Shown here piece after piece: positions 23,190 to 35,909 of a stretch of 64,000 nt of DNA (its first letter is position 1; the number at the start of each line of letters is the position of its first letter). The stretch is from Selaginella moellendorffii (Eukaryota > Plantae > Lycopodiophyta). The stretch is from positions 1,632,446 through 1,696,445 of the forward strand of contig NW_003314265.1 in the NCBI RefSeq assembly GCF_000143415.4, given 5' to 3'. Below the pieces are notes generated by a model that had not been told where the DNA came from, did no database searches, and saw only the letters and a list, made by a program, of their open reading frames with translations. The position numbers were made by a program, and so were the translations under genes.

Positions 23190-24012
23190 ATGGAAAAATT
23201 ATTAAATTATTTCTATATATATTATATTATGTGTTTTATCAACATGTACTATAGCACCATTGAATAAACCAAAGTTTATAAAGTTTGGAATTTTAAGTCC
23301 TAAAGATATAGCAAAGATAGCTAAAGTATTTAGAACTTTAATATCTAAATAAATTGATAATAACCCATATCCTACTAATTATGCTGATGGTGAATTAATA
23401 ACTACTTTTATAGGTGTTATAGATTTTAGATTCGAAACAAAATATGAATGTAATAATGAAGAAACACTCCTAGGTAAAACTTTAGTAGCTGGTTTTGAAA
23501 AAAAAAACTATGCAAATATTAATGAATTACAGATTAATCATCCTCAATTTTTTGAAAATGAAAATCCAAAACACTTTATGCAATATGAATTGGTTCAAGA
23601 GTGGTATACTGATGTGTCTGATAACTTACAAGAGAATTATGGTGAAAGTTTTAATCCTTTATATGCTCATGGGCAACATACATTATATAATCCACAACAG
23701 TTACATCAAGATCAATATTTAATTTCTCCAAATGGTAAAGTTATCTTAATGGTAACATTAAAGTGTCAAGTTACTATTTTCTTTAAAAATAGTAAAATAT
23801 GGGAATCAGAAATATCTCTAATCTATACTAATGTTTGTGTATTAAAATTTCAAAATGATGGCAATCTTGTCTTATATAGTGGCCAAGATGTGATATGGTC
23901 ATCAGGTAAATATTGTTCTAAGAAACCTAATTGTATAATTTCTTCATACTTAACTATTCAAAATAATTGTAATTTAAAATTTTATTTAGCAAAATATTGT
24001 AATACTATTTGA
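23190..24012 (+). pseudogene. AT-rich intronless secreted protein with C-terminal bulb-type (GNA/B-) lectin domain, disabled
   Basis: One frame open from 23206 to 24012 except TAA at 23350; hydrophobic IYIILCVLSTCTIA leader; YLISPNG, LKFQNDGNLVLY, IWSS and LTIQNNCNL B-lectin motifs. Confidence 0.7.
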
Positions 24013-24301
24013 TGGATAATAAATAAAAACTATTTATGTATAATAATTTAATTATCTAGAAACATTACTACAATATAAATATTTGAATAATCTATATAAA
24101 AATTTAATAAGTAAAGTTACAGCAATTTGATCAATAATGTTTTTTCTTCTATGCAATTTCCTCTTTTGGCAAGAGGAATTCCTAGCAATAGTGATACATT
24201 ATTGTATCAATTGGCAAAATAGTCTAAGCTATTGCAAAAATAGTTATACCTTTACTTATTTATGTTTAGTCATTTAGAGAATTGTAACAATAAGCCTATA
24301 T

Positions 24302-24343
24302 GGGGGGGGGGGGGAGGGAGAGAGAGGGGGAGAGAGAGAGAGG

Positions 24344-24379
<36 letters not shown>
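24302..24379. repeat. G/(GA)n microsatellite
   Basis: Directly visible. Confidence 0.95.
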
Positions 24380-24381
<2 letters not shown>

Positions 24382-25849
24382 TTCAATAAACTCTACTCAA
24401 ACAAATGGAAGAATAGTCGTTAAATATTAATCCTAGGACCTAGCATCAACAGCTCATAGTAATTATGAAGGTAAATTCAACTTTGTTAGCAATATTGGAT
24501 CATCACTATAAAAGAGTTTATATGTAATAAAACTCTATACCCCTGTGATGTAATTTGAATGTTGAAAACTCACATATTTCATGATCACCCTTTTGAATGT
24601 CCTAACAAGTAATTCCACCAAGCCATCTATCTGTGGATGATAAGCACTTGTGAAAGTGATATATATCCCCATTCAAGATGTTGTCATAAATGCAAAACTA
24701 TAAGAGAATCCACTTTGGATAGGAATGTTAGAACACCACTCAATTGAGGAGGAAGTATTTAATAATACTTTTTGACATATCAAAAAGAGCATTGACTTCC
24801 ACCTAACGCATCAAGTAGTTAGAGGCAATAATGATGTATTCATTGCTAGTAGTTGACCGTAGAAAAGGTTTTATCAAATGAAATGCCACTAATTTAAATG
24901 AATAAGAAATTGTAATTGACTCTAACTATTTTGTAACACAAAAGTGAGTATTACGAGTTTGGCACCAAACATAACTATGCATATATTGGATAATATCACA
25001 TTACATCTCTAGCCAAGAAAGACCTACATAACTTTTAGTCACATGCCGATGTCTTATATACATACCTAGAATAGAAGAGTTATGATAAATGAAGAAATTG
25101 TGGAATTAATATCAAAGCCACCACTAGTCATAAATGATTAATAGACTTAGTCTTAACAAAATAAAGAAGATCATCCTCAAGGCAATATTGAGAATGTAAA
25201 TGCTAAAATAGCAAGTCATTAACAAGTGATACAGAATTCTCAACCCCCTCACAAAAATTTTAGATCCACAATTTAACCTTTGAGCTTTATGAACCTTGTC
25301 AAAAGGAGGTAAATTTTGCTCTATACCTTATGAATATTAAACATTATATACAATAATCACTAATGGCATAAAATCCTTGTCTAGAAAATTCATTAATACA
25401 GGAATAACAAGCTCATCAGAAAAGTGAAGAAAAAATAAGATTTCAAGAAAGGGTATTAACATTAACCATAAAACTCCCCAAATAATGAATAACCTTTAAA
25501 TTATATATTTAAAGTTTTGAATAGTATGACCAACTAAGTTTTTACACTTCAATAATAAAGTAATTATAACAATAATATTCGAGAACCATGCCAATATATA
25601 TGAAACTTCTCAAGACACCAAACTACTGCTAAACACTTTTTATCTATTGTGGAGTACACCTCTATTGGTTATAATGGGATAGTGTTGACCAAGCACACTT
25701 AGACTCTTTTGCATCAATACACTTCTAAGATTGATATTAAAAACATGTGCAAAATGAAAGTTCAAGTGTAGTCAAGATATGTCAAAACTAAAAGAGTGTT
25801 CAATAGCCCTTTGAGATTCGTAAACACCCACTCACAGTCCACAAACCAC

Positions 25850-28315
25850 ATGAAAGACAATGTTGATAACTTCAACAATGTTAACAATGGTGTAGTACGA
25901 TCAAAAAGATGATCAACGAAAAAACTAAAATATTGCACTTTGCATAAGAACTATTACATATCATTCAAACACTTTAGAGTACAGACCTTTAGAATAGCCA
26001 TAAGTTTGTTATGATCAACTTGTAAACCTTCATGAAAAATATGGCATCCAAGTTATGTCTTTGGACCTAAACATGCATTTTAATCGCTTCAGCTTTAAAC
26101 TAACTTTTAACAATCAATCTAACACTTTATAAATATTACAAACATGCTCCTTAAATGTCTCCTCCAAGTGGATCAAGACATCATCAATGAAGTCAATAAT
26201 CACCTCCAACATATCGCAAACAACCTTATCCATCGTCCACTAAAGCATTGTTCAAATTGAACAACATTACTAAGAACTAGTACAAATTAAATGGTGTATA
26301 AAAAATAATTTTAGAAACATCTTCCTTGGCTGTCAACACTTGCTAGTATCTAAAAATAAGATCTAACTTAGTGAACCAATGCCTTCTCCCCAAACGATCT
26401 AAGAGATTAGCCATGTGAGAAAGAAGGTACACATCTAGAATAGTCACCTCATTTAACAAATAATAGTCAATACAAAAGTGAATACTCCTATTAGGATTTA
26501 TTATAAGATGAGGTTTACATATTCATACACTCCAAGACTTTTAGATAACACCCTTATCTAACATCTCTTTGACATTCACATGTAATGATTTTCTTTGGTG
26601 ACTAACATTGAAATAGGAACCTTGATTGAACAAGCATCCCTAAATAGAATAGGATGACATGTTGCAATCTTAGCCCCAAATGACAAATCAATGTCAAGAA
26701 AATTAACATACTCTTCTTGAGTCGATCCACCACTACAACACAAACACCATTGAAGGGATTTAAAAAGGGAATAAAAGAGCAAGATGAAAACTTAGTAGGA
26801 AGTAGAAGTAAAATTGAAGAAACAAAGGGGAATAGAAATGATAGGAATAGAAAAAATATGAGAAAGTATAATAGAAGAGGGAGAAACCTCAAAGTTACAT
26901 TTAGCATGATTGCATTATAACTAATTCATACCAAAGATGAGATCAAAAGCTTAATTCAACACCACTTGCAATTGATTGAAGCTCAAGTTCAAGATCACCC
27001 ACACTTATAGCTAGGTTCATCTCATCCCACACACATGCATGTGTATGGCCATTACTATAAAGAATGAAGATTGGGTTTGCTATACAATGCAACTGTAAAT
27101 AACAACATGTGGCAATAGACTAAGCAATAGAAGATAAACTCAAGCTTATATCAATTAACACAGAGAGAATAATAGGAGCGCTTTTGTTATAAAAACAAAC
27201 TTAGAAATTAAACATTTGATAAATTAGTGCCAAATGAACCCTTGATGGTACTTGCAAAAAAAGAATAGAGGGGCCACTAACTTATTTATGCAGGACCCTC
27301 CATTACTTGCTTGACTCCTTAATTTTTAGAAGAATCACTATGTCAAGACATTCTACCATAGCAATATTAATAGGAAGTTGACACCAAAGCCTTTACGAAG
27401 GAAATGGAGGACATTAATCTAGAAAATGTTGATAATGCTGAAATGTGTGGTTAACTTCATCACATGCTTAGTAAGAGATATCACAGCCATGACCAAGTTC
27501 TCACCTTTGTTCTTAAACAAAAACAATAACAACATCAACCTTCATTAGAAAAGGATCATCTCCCACAAGTAGTGGAGCTGAATGATGTATAATGAGAAGT
27601 GGAAGAGGCAATATTTTATAATGTTATGTGTATTGAAAAATATCGTTAAAGGTGGTTGGAGCAAATGCATGCACAAGTCCCACAATACTTTGACCATAAC
27701 ATTTCTAATTTGATCCGTTCTGACATATTTAGCTCTGCATAAAGAAAAAGGCTCCAAGAATGAAAATAAAATTGCATCACTAACTCATATGCCCTTTGAT
27801 GAAATTAATGCAATTGTTAAAAAACATCATCACAATCGTCGACATGTCTAAATGTGCACTTAAAGACGTCTAAGAGAATATTCCAATCTGCATGAATGGT
27901 TGCACTGAAACCATTACACCACTACCATGCCATCCCTTGGAGACACTTGGGATATTCATGCAAATATGGAACATCATCCAAAAATGATAGGTAGCAATCA
28001 CCATAAAGTGATCAAATTAATGTTACACATCAACCCTAGGATTCTTATAAAAGAACTCTAGCCAAACACAAGGATTGACAATAAAAGCAAGAGGAGATAA
28101 ATGTTTAATTGTTCAACTACAATTGCATAACATTGAGCAATTGTATCAATTGCTGCTGCAGAGTCATAGAAGGAGAAGGCTACTACTCTACCATGAAGAT
28201 GAACCAAAATGAAAAAAAAATCAAAAAAGAAGAAATTTAAAAAGTTACAAAAGCTAAATCTAAATAAAAATCCCAAAATTAAGCACTCTTTAAGAACAAT
28301 CAAAATTGCCCTTCA
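25850..28315 (-). mobile_element. Decayed Ty3/Gypsy gag-pro-RT relic, same family as 31412-34642
   Basis: Reverse complement aligns with ~31600-34030 (e.g. GAKIATCHPI / GAKIATRHSI; FTKLDL). Confidence 0.75.
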
Positions 28316-28572
28316 CTCACACACACACACACACACACACATACACACACACACATATATATATATATACATACATACATACATATATACACATATACAT
28401 ATATATACATATATACACATACATATATATACATATATACACATATACATACACATACATATATACACATACATATATATATACATATATACACATACAT
28501 ATATACATATATACACATACATATATACATATATACACATACATATATACATATATATACATATACACACAC
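28316..28572. repeat. Compound (CA)/(TA)/(TACA) microsatellite
   Basis: Directly visible; source of the spurious HTHI/YIYT ORFs. Confidence 0.95.
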
Positions 28573-28743
28573 AGAGACTTCAAGTTTAAATGACAAAAAA
28601 TAAATTATAAGAGAAGAAAATCCTATAAGAGAAAATGTAAGCTTAAGTTTTAGTTTAAGTGTCACTTTTATATGAAATATGAAATCAATACCTATCAAAT
28701 TTTGGGACTTTAGAACACATATTACTCTTTCTCATATAGATTT

Positions 28744-30207
28744 TGTAGCGCACCTGAATTTGGAGCCGAACTCCAAGCCCGTTGCGCTACGAAACGAGGG
28801 TCCGGTGCAATCCCATGAGCACCAGCTCCCCGTATCCAACACCTGCACGCAAAATGGTGTCAGACGGAGTCTGGCACAATTTTGGCATACCGGTGGCCTA
28901 ACGCAAGGAGGAGGGTACTCCACCGACTAGAGCAGTGTGGAGCTTGGGCTTAAACCCAAGCCGGACGCAGAACAAGGAGCGACACAGCCTAGCGGGAGCC
29001 AAACTAATGTCTCAGGTGGTCGGACATGCATTCCAACCACTATCCCTACTATACATTTGGAACCCCCCACAGCCCCCCCCCCCTTGAGGGACACACGCTT
29101 TGGGCTTTCACCCCAAGCCACCCTTAGTACCAGGAGTTAGTCTCTGGGACAAGTCCGAAACTTACTAAATATGGAATGTCCTTAGATTGCAAATTTGGAC
29201 ATGGGATGAACACCATTGTGTTCAGGCCGATCTCTACATTCCGTAGATATGCCAAATGAGCTAATCTAGACACCTTCCATAAATAGTATTCGGGACCGAA
29301 ATGAGACCAACACAAAGGGCGTGATAGCGAGGGTGTTTGGCAGACACGGTAAGCTATCATCCGGCGATATTGAGGGACTAGTCTCAATACACGAGGGTTC
29401 TTGCCAAGCCAGTGCAAGACAGAGCAAAAGAGAACTAACAAGCTGGGCCAAGTATGCTTAGCTAAATAGACACTTAGGAATTCCTTCCTTATGCTCATCC
29501 GGCCAAGTACAGATGCTTAGTCCAGTTTACTAACACTTGGACAAGAGGGGCCAATAAAGGGAACCAGCAGTACCAACCTCCTGCCGTCATGGTAGTAAGG
29601 AAAGAGTACCCGTAAGGACTGGTCGACAAGTATCTTTCGATACCCGAAGTCACATTCGCGACACTCTCCCCCCCTTAGGGAAGATCAACGTCCTCGTCGA
29701 TGTATACCCGAGTCTAGCAAACCGTCAAGGAAACAACTCCGAAAGTTAACAGAAAGCACACTATGTGGGAAACACACCGACTTAAATGAGTTAGGGAACT
29801 ACCTCTTGTCTACGTCCAAAGACGTTAAGACTCAGACACCCTCCGGCCGTCACCGACAAGGAAATGACTAACAGAGTTAACCACCCTTGTTGCTCCGAGG
29901 ACCACTCGGCTTACAAAGGAATGATACATCCCTGCCTGCAGGGATATAGGGAGAAGGCCAGAGGCCCAACTTCCCCTGAGCAAGAAATCAACCCCGTCGG
30001 GAAGATTTAGATAACTACTATAAACTGGCAGATTAAGTTGTTTACACGACCACGCCCCTTTTCGAAAATGAGTCATCGAGAGAGAGGCGGGGACTTGTGA
30101 TCAGTCTATAATAGTTATCCCCATGGTTATGGATTGGACCCATGCACCGAAGTGCCAAAGTCAGCCTGCCAAAACTGACCCAAGTATGAACGAACGAGAG
30201 AAACGAC
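28744..30207 (-). mobile_element. Displaced 3' end of the chromovirus: 3' non-coding region, PPT and 3' LTR (28744-29663)
   Basis: ~920-bp reverse-complement copy of LTR 34816-35736; preceded on the minus strand by PPT AAGGGGGGGAGAG; followed by AAATC (rc 28739-28743). Confidence 0.93.
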
Positions 30208-31411
30208 ATTTTGATTTATAGAAATATATTACTTTATTGATTTGCAAGATTGATTACAAGATTTACAAAAGCTAATCTTTATTACGATTCTCATAATCTA
30301 AGAGGTTAATAGAAATTTAATGGACAAGTCTTTACACCCTAACTTAGTGGTAGTATTAGCAAGAAATGAAGAGATTAAAAAAGGGATATTAAGGGATGTT
30401 ATTCCTTTATGTATTAAGGCATCTTAAAGATGCTAAAGTGTAGTTATAAGATGACTACTCATAGATAAATAGTCTAGTCTTACATATACAAGACCATAGT
30501 ACTAGTGGAATTGGATTAATAAGAATGAACATTGCTTTAGTGTAAAAGGTTGATATGTTAGTGACATTTATAGGTGTTTAAAATAGGATTAGACATATAG
30601 AACACATACATCAAATGTGAAGTTAGTATATTTTGGGATCACCATTAATGTCTAGCAAGTACCTCAAATTAATTTAGGATATATTAAGGTGGTGAGTGAA
30701 ACTTTTCCAAGTGGTCAAAGATGTAATTAAGTAAAATGAAAAATTTAATTGTTTAAAAATTTAGTTGCTTTAATGGTAACATCTGAAAGATGATAGAACA
30801 AGATGAAGAATATAATCATAAATGCCCAATGCAATTTCAATTTTAAGCTCAAAAGGATATATTATAGTCTAAGTAGCCACTAATAAATAAAAATTTAACT
30901 TTGATACTATATATAATGCTCTCTCCCCTTCAGCCAATTGGAAAAAGGGGCAATTATTTGATAAGAGAGGTTTAATAGTTATTTTATCCCCATTTATCAC
31001 CAAAAGTTCTAAAAATTTATGATGATAGTATCCAAATCGCATCTCATAATCACATGCATTATTAATATTATACACACTTGGATGATATACAATTACATCT
31101 CACCATTGATGAAGGAGCCTATGAAGAAATTGATAGCACTAAAAACCCCTAAAAAATCTATATGAATAAATATATTAATATACAATATATACTACTTTTT
31201 AATATAGTTCACCAAATGTAATATAGTTTATTATTTGTTATAACAATTATAATACAATTTTTATTCTCTATATAGTCTATGAGATAGTTTTCTAGAAATA
31301 GTTTATACTTAGTTTCGAAAAACTGATATAAAAAAAATATCTTTCCAAACTTTGTTACATTAATTTTTTATGTTGAATAAAGAAAATAAATTATTTTTAA
31401 TTATATAAATT

Positions 31412-34400
31412 TGTGAGGTCCAAGTGTACGGCTACGATGCTGTATACTAATATTAGTATAGTGGGATTTTGGTAGCCGTCGAATTAGTTTTAATCCAGAC
31501 TACTCTTCTATATATAAACTAGGGCTTTTGGGCTAATTAATATGGACATTTTCTATATTCCCTTTCCATATTCCAAACACTCATATTGATGGAGGTGAGA
31601 GGCAATTTTTATTATCCCTGTAAAGTGCTTGGATTTGGGATTTTGGTTTAGATTTAACTTTTGCATCATCTAGATCTAGCTTTTTCCATTTCCTTTCTTT
31701 TGTTCTTTTTTTTTTTTTTCAGGATTTTAGTTTAGATCTAGCTTTTCTATTGTCTAAATCTCCCTTTCCTTCTAACTTTTTCTCATTTCCCTTCTTTTGC
31801 TCATTCTTTTCATTCATCTTCATGGCAAAATAGTAGTTTCCTCCTTTGACTCTAGAGCAGTAGTTGGTGCAATTGCTTAATGCCATGTAATTGCAATTGA
31901 ACAACCAAACTCAATTGATCGCAGCAGTCATGACATATAGTACAGCTCCTTTTGCTCTTGGTGCCAATCCTCGTGTTTGGCTAAAGGTCTTTCATGGGAA
32001 TTATAGGGATGATGTATACCATTGGTTCAATCACTTCATAGTGATTGCGACATATCATTCTTGGGATGATGCTTGATATTTGCGTGAGTTTTCCACGTGT
32101 CTCCAAGGGATAGCGCTACAGTGGTACAATGGTTTGAGTGTAGCCACTCGTGGGAATTAAAGTGTTCTCCCGAATGTCTTCAAATGTGCATTTGAACATA
32201 CTAATGATTGTGATGATGCCTTCTAATAATTGCATTGTCTTCATCAAAAGCTATCTGAGTCGGTGATACAATTTAGCATTCATTTTCAAAGCCTCTTGCT
32301 TCATGCGGAGCCAAATATGTTAGAGCGGATCAAACTATGGCCAACACTTCATCAAGATTTTGTTAGATTTGTGCATGCACTTGCTCCAGCCACCCTTGAC
32401 GTGCTCTTTGCTTGGCACAATGTTATGAGACGTTGCCTCTTTCACTTCTCGCTGCACGTCCTTTTGCTCCACTTCCCATGGGCAATGGTCCGATTCTAAT
32501 GGAGGTTGATGCTGTTGTTGCTCGAGTCCAAGGACAAGGGCGAGGACATAGTTGTGGCTGTAATGTTCGCTGCTGGGCGTGTGATGAAGTTAGTCATATT
32601 TATTGGCGTTGTTGGCATTTTCTGGATTGGCAACCTCTATTTCCTGGGTGGAGACTTTGGCGTCAACAATGTCCTATTGGTGCTGCTGCAGTGGAAGGTC
32701 TGGACACTGAGATGCATCCAAGAAACGAGGAGTCGCACAAGTAACTAAGGGACTTTGCGTGAATAAGTCAATGACCCTTCCATTTTTTTTTCAGGAGTAT
32801 CATCAAGGGGTTCACTCGACACCAGTTCATCCAGTGTTTACTTTCCAAGCTCGTTTTTATAACAAAATGTCTCCTATTATTCTCTCCATGTTAGTTGATA
32901 CAAGTTTGAGTTTATCTTCTATTACTTGACCTATTGCCACACGTTGCTATCTACATTTGCATCGTGCGATAGAGCCAGTTTTCATTCTTTATGGCAACGG
33001 CCGTACACATGCATGTGCATGGGATTTGTTTAAATTTGGTTGTGCGTGTGGGCAATCTTGAACTTGGGTTGCAGTCATTGCGGGTGGTGCCGAGTCAAGC
33101 TTTTGACCTCATCCTTGATATGAATTGATTACAATACAATTATACTAAGTGTGACTTTGAGGCTTCTCCCCCTTGTTTCATACTTTCTTATATTTCATCC
33201 ATTCCTCTCACTTCTATATCTCTTCGTCCCTCTACTTTTACCTCTACTTCCATTTCTTTTGTCCCCCCACTATTTCCTCTTATGTTTCTGTCTTGTTCTA
33301 TTCTTCCCTTTTCCGATCCCTCTAACAAACTTTGTGTTGTAACGATTGACTAGCTCATGAAGAAGTATTCTAATCTCTTTGAATTTGACCTATTGTCTGG
33401 GGCCAAGATTGCCACACGTCATTCAATTCCAACTGAGGATGTTCGTCTAATCAAGGTTTTTGTTCATTGTCAGTCACTTAAAGAGATCAAGATTTTACAT
33501 GCAAACATCAAGAAGATGTTGAAGAAGGGTGTTATTCAGAAGTTGCAGAGTCCTTGGGTATTGTGAATTTCACCTTGTGACGAAGGTTGATAGGAGTATT
33601 TGTTTCTACATCGACTATCGTCCATTAAATGAAGTGACGATCCCGGATGTGTACCCTCTTCCTCACACTGTTGATTTCTTGGATCGTTTGGGGCGAAGTC
33701 ATTAGTTCACCAAGCTAGATCTTGCTTCTAGGGACTGGTAAGTATCGATGGCCAAAAAAGATATTCCTAAGATTACTTTTCGTACACTATTTGGTTTGTA
33801 TGAGTTCTTGGTGATGCTATTTGATTTGAACAATGTTCCAGCAACTTTTTAGCGGATAATGGATGAAGTTCTTTGCGATATGCCAAAGGTGACTGCTGAT
33901 TTCATTAATGATGTCTTGATCCACTCGAAGGGGACGTGGGAGGAGTATGTTCGTGATATTTGTAAATTGTTAAATCGACTATTGAACATTGGTTTAAAGC
34001 TGAAGCAATCGAAATGCATATTTGGGTCCAATCTTGCCACTGGTCTAAGCAGAGTCTACCGAATACTTAGGCCGCATACAAGTGGGACAACAACAGCACT
34101 ATAACTCCCATCATCGTCCACTTGCAGAGTACAAAGTGGATGACTTGTGGATGATTTGGTGTTAATCCATTTTCCCCATTTTACGATATATGGTTTATCT
34201 AAGGGGCTTCTTGTTTAGTGGAAAGGACCGTATCGAGTATTGCAGTAAGTTAGACCATAAATTTATGCGGTTTGGTATGACATCCAGCAGACTGATCCTC
34301 TAGAAATTGTGCATGTGCAGCAGTTGAAACGCTTCATAGAAAGGGATCAAGAACAACTGAGACCATGTATAGATCCACTAATGCTTCCTCCTAATGTTCC

Positions 34401-34642
34401 TCTAGATCCCAGCCCATTTATAAGAGAACTTTAATGGTCTTCCATTATTCCAAAAGAAGGGGATGATATGGGGTCCAAGTGTACAACTATGATGTCATAT
34501 ACTAATATTAACATAGTGGGATTTTGGTAGCCATCAAATTGGTTTCAATCCGAACCGTTTGCTTCTGTATGTAAGCTAGGGTTTTTGGGCTAATTGATAT
34601 GCACATTTTTTGTATTCCCTTTTCATATTCCAAGCACTCACA
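31412..34642 (+). mobile_element. Decayed internally deleted Ty3/Gypsy element with short (~175 bp) LTRs
   Basis: LTRs ~31412-31586 and ~34467-34642, AATT on both flanks, PPT aaaagaagggg; gag, protease and RT relics ([18 protein letters not shown]); no RNase H or integrase seen. Confidence 0.8.
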
Positions 34643-34815
34643 AATTTAAAACTTAGCACTTATAAGTTTTATAAATGATTAATTTGGAAAAGGTATGAAG
34701 AGCCCTAAGTGTTTTATATATCTAAATCTTCTAGTTCAATTTTAAGAGATTTTAAAATTTTGATAGATTATTCTTCATGAATAATTCTAGCCTACCATTG
34801 TTAGGGTTTTAAATC

Positions 34816-35749
34816 TGTCGCGAATGTGACTTCGGGTATCGAAAGATACTTGTCGACCAGTCCTTACGGGCACTCTTTCCTTACTGCCATGACGGCAAGA
34901 GGTCGGTACTGCTGGTTCCCTTTATTGGCCCCTCTTGTCCAAGTGTTAGTAAACTAGACTTAGCATTTGTACTTGGCCGGATGAGCATAAGGAAGGAATT
35001 CCTAAGTGTCTATTTAGCCAAGCATACTTGGCCCGGCTTGTTAGTTCTCTTTTGCTCTGTCTTGCACTGGCTTGGCAAGAACCCTCGCGTATTGAGACTA
35101 GTCCCTCAATATCGCCGGATGATAACTTACCGTGTCTGCCAAACACCCTCGCTATCACGCCCTTTGTGTTGGTCTCATTTCAGTCCCGAATACTATTTAT
35201 GGAAGGTGTCTAGATTAGCTCATTTGGCATATCTACGGAATGTAGGGATCGGCCTGAACACAATGGTGTTCATCCCATGTCCAAATTCACAATCTAAGGA
35301 CATTCCATATTTAGTAAGTTTCGGACTTGTCCCAGAGACTAACTCCTGGTACTAAGGGTGGCTTGGGGTGAAAGCCCAAAGCGTGTGTCCCTCAAGGGGG
35401 GGGGGGGCTGTGGGGGGTTCCAAATGTATAGTAGGGATAGTGGTTAGAATGCATGTCCGACCACCTGAGACATTAGTTTGGCTCCCGCTGGGCTGTGTCG
35501 CTCCTTGTTCTGCGTCCGGCTTGGGTCTAAGCCCAAGCTCCACGCTGCTCTAGTCGGTGGAGTACCCTCCTCCTTGCGTTAGGCCACCAGTATGCCAAAA
35601 TTGTGCCAGACTCCGTCTGACACCATTTTGCGTGCAGGTGCTGGATACGGGGAGCTGGTGCTCATGGGATTGCACCGGACCCTCGTTTCGTAGCGCAACG
35701 GGCTTGGAGTTCGGCTCCAAATTCAGGTGCGCTACATTTGGTATCAGAG
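34816..35749 (+). mobile_element. Chromovirus 5' LTR (34816-35736) plus tRNA-iMet PBS
   Basis: TGTCGCGAATG...GCGCTACA, then tt and TGGTATCAGAG; preceded by AAATC. Confidence 0.95.
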
Positions 35750-35909
35750 GGATTGTCTCAGCGATTCCTATCCAACTTTTGTCGGATTTTCTGACTCAAG
35801 TTGCATACGCAGAGACTTTTCTAGTAGATCCGAAGCGACCTGTGTAGGATTAGTTGGATTGCACCATTCGGTAAGAACGTTGTATCCATGTTCAGTTACT
35901 GATAGAGGC

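Noticed and set aside
28209-28698. His/Ile/Tyr-rich ORFs
   Set aside because: Translations of a microsatellite
34981-35355. Duplicated 124-aa ORF (also 29124-29498)
   Set aside because: Lies within the LTRs and is disrupted in the older LTR copies at 12726 and 47858
28744-35736. DNA transposon or DIRS-like element with long inverted repeats
   Set aside because: The repeats are TG..CA LTRs with PBS, PPT and a DDE integrase; TSD geometry is explained by an inversion
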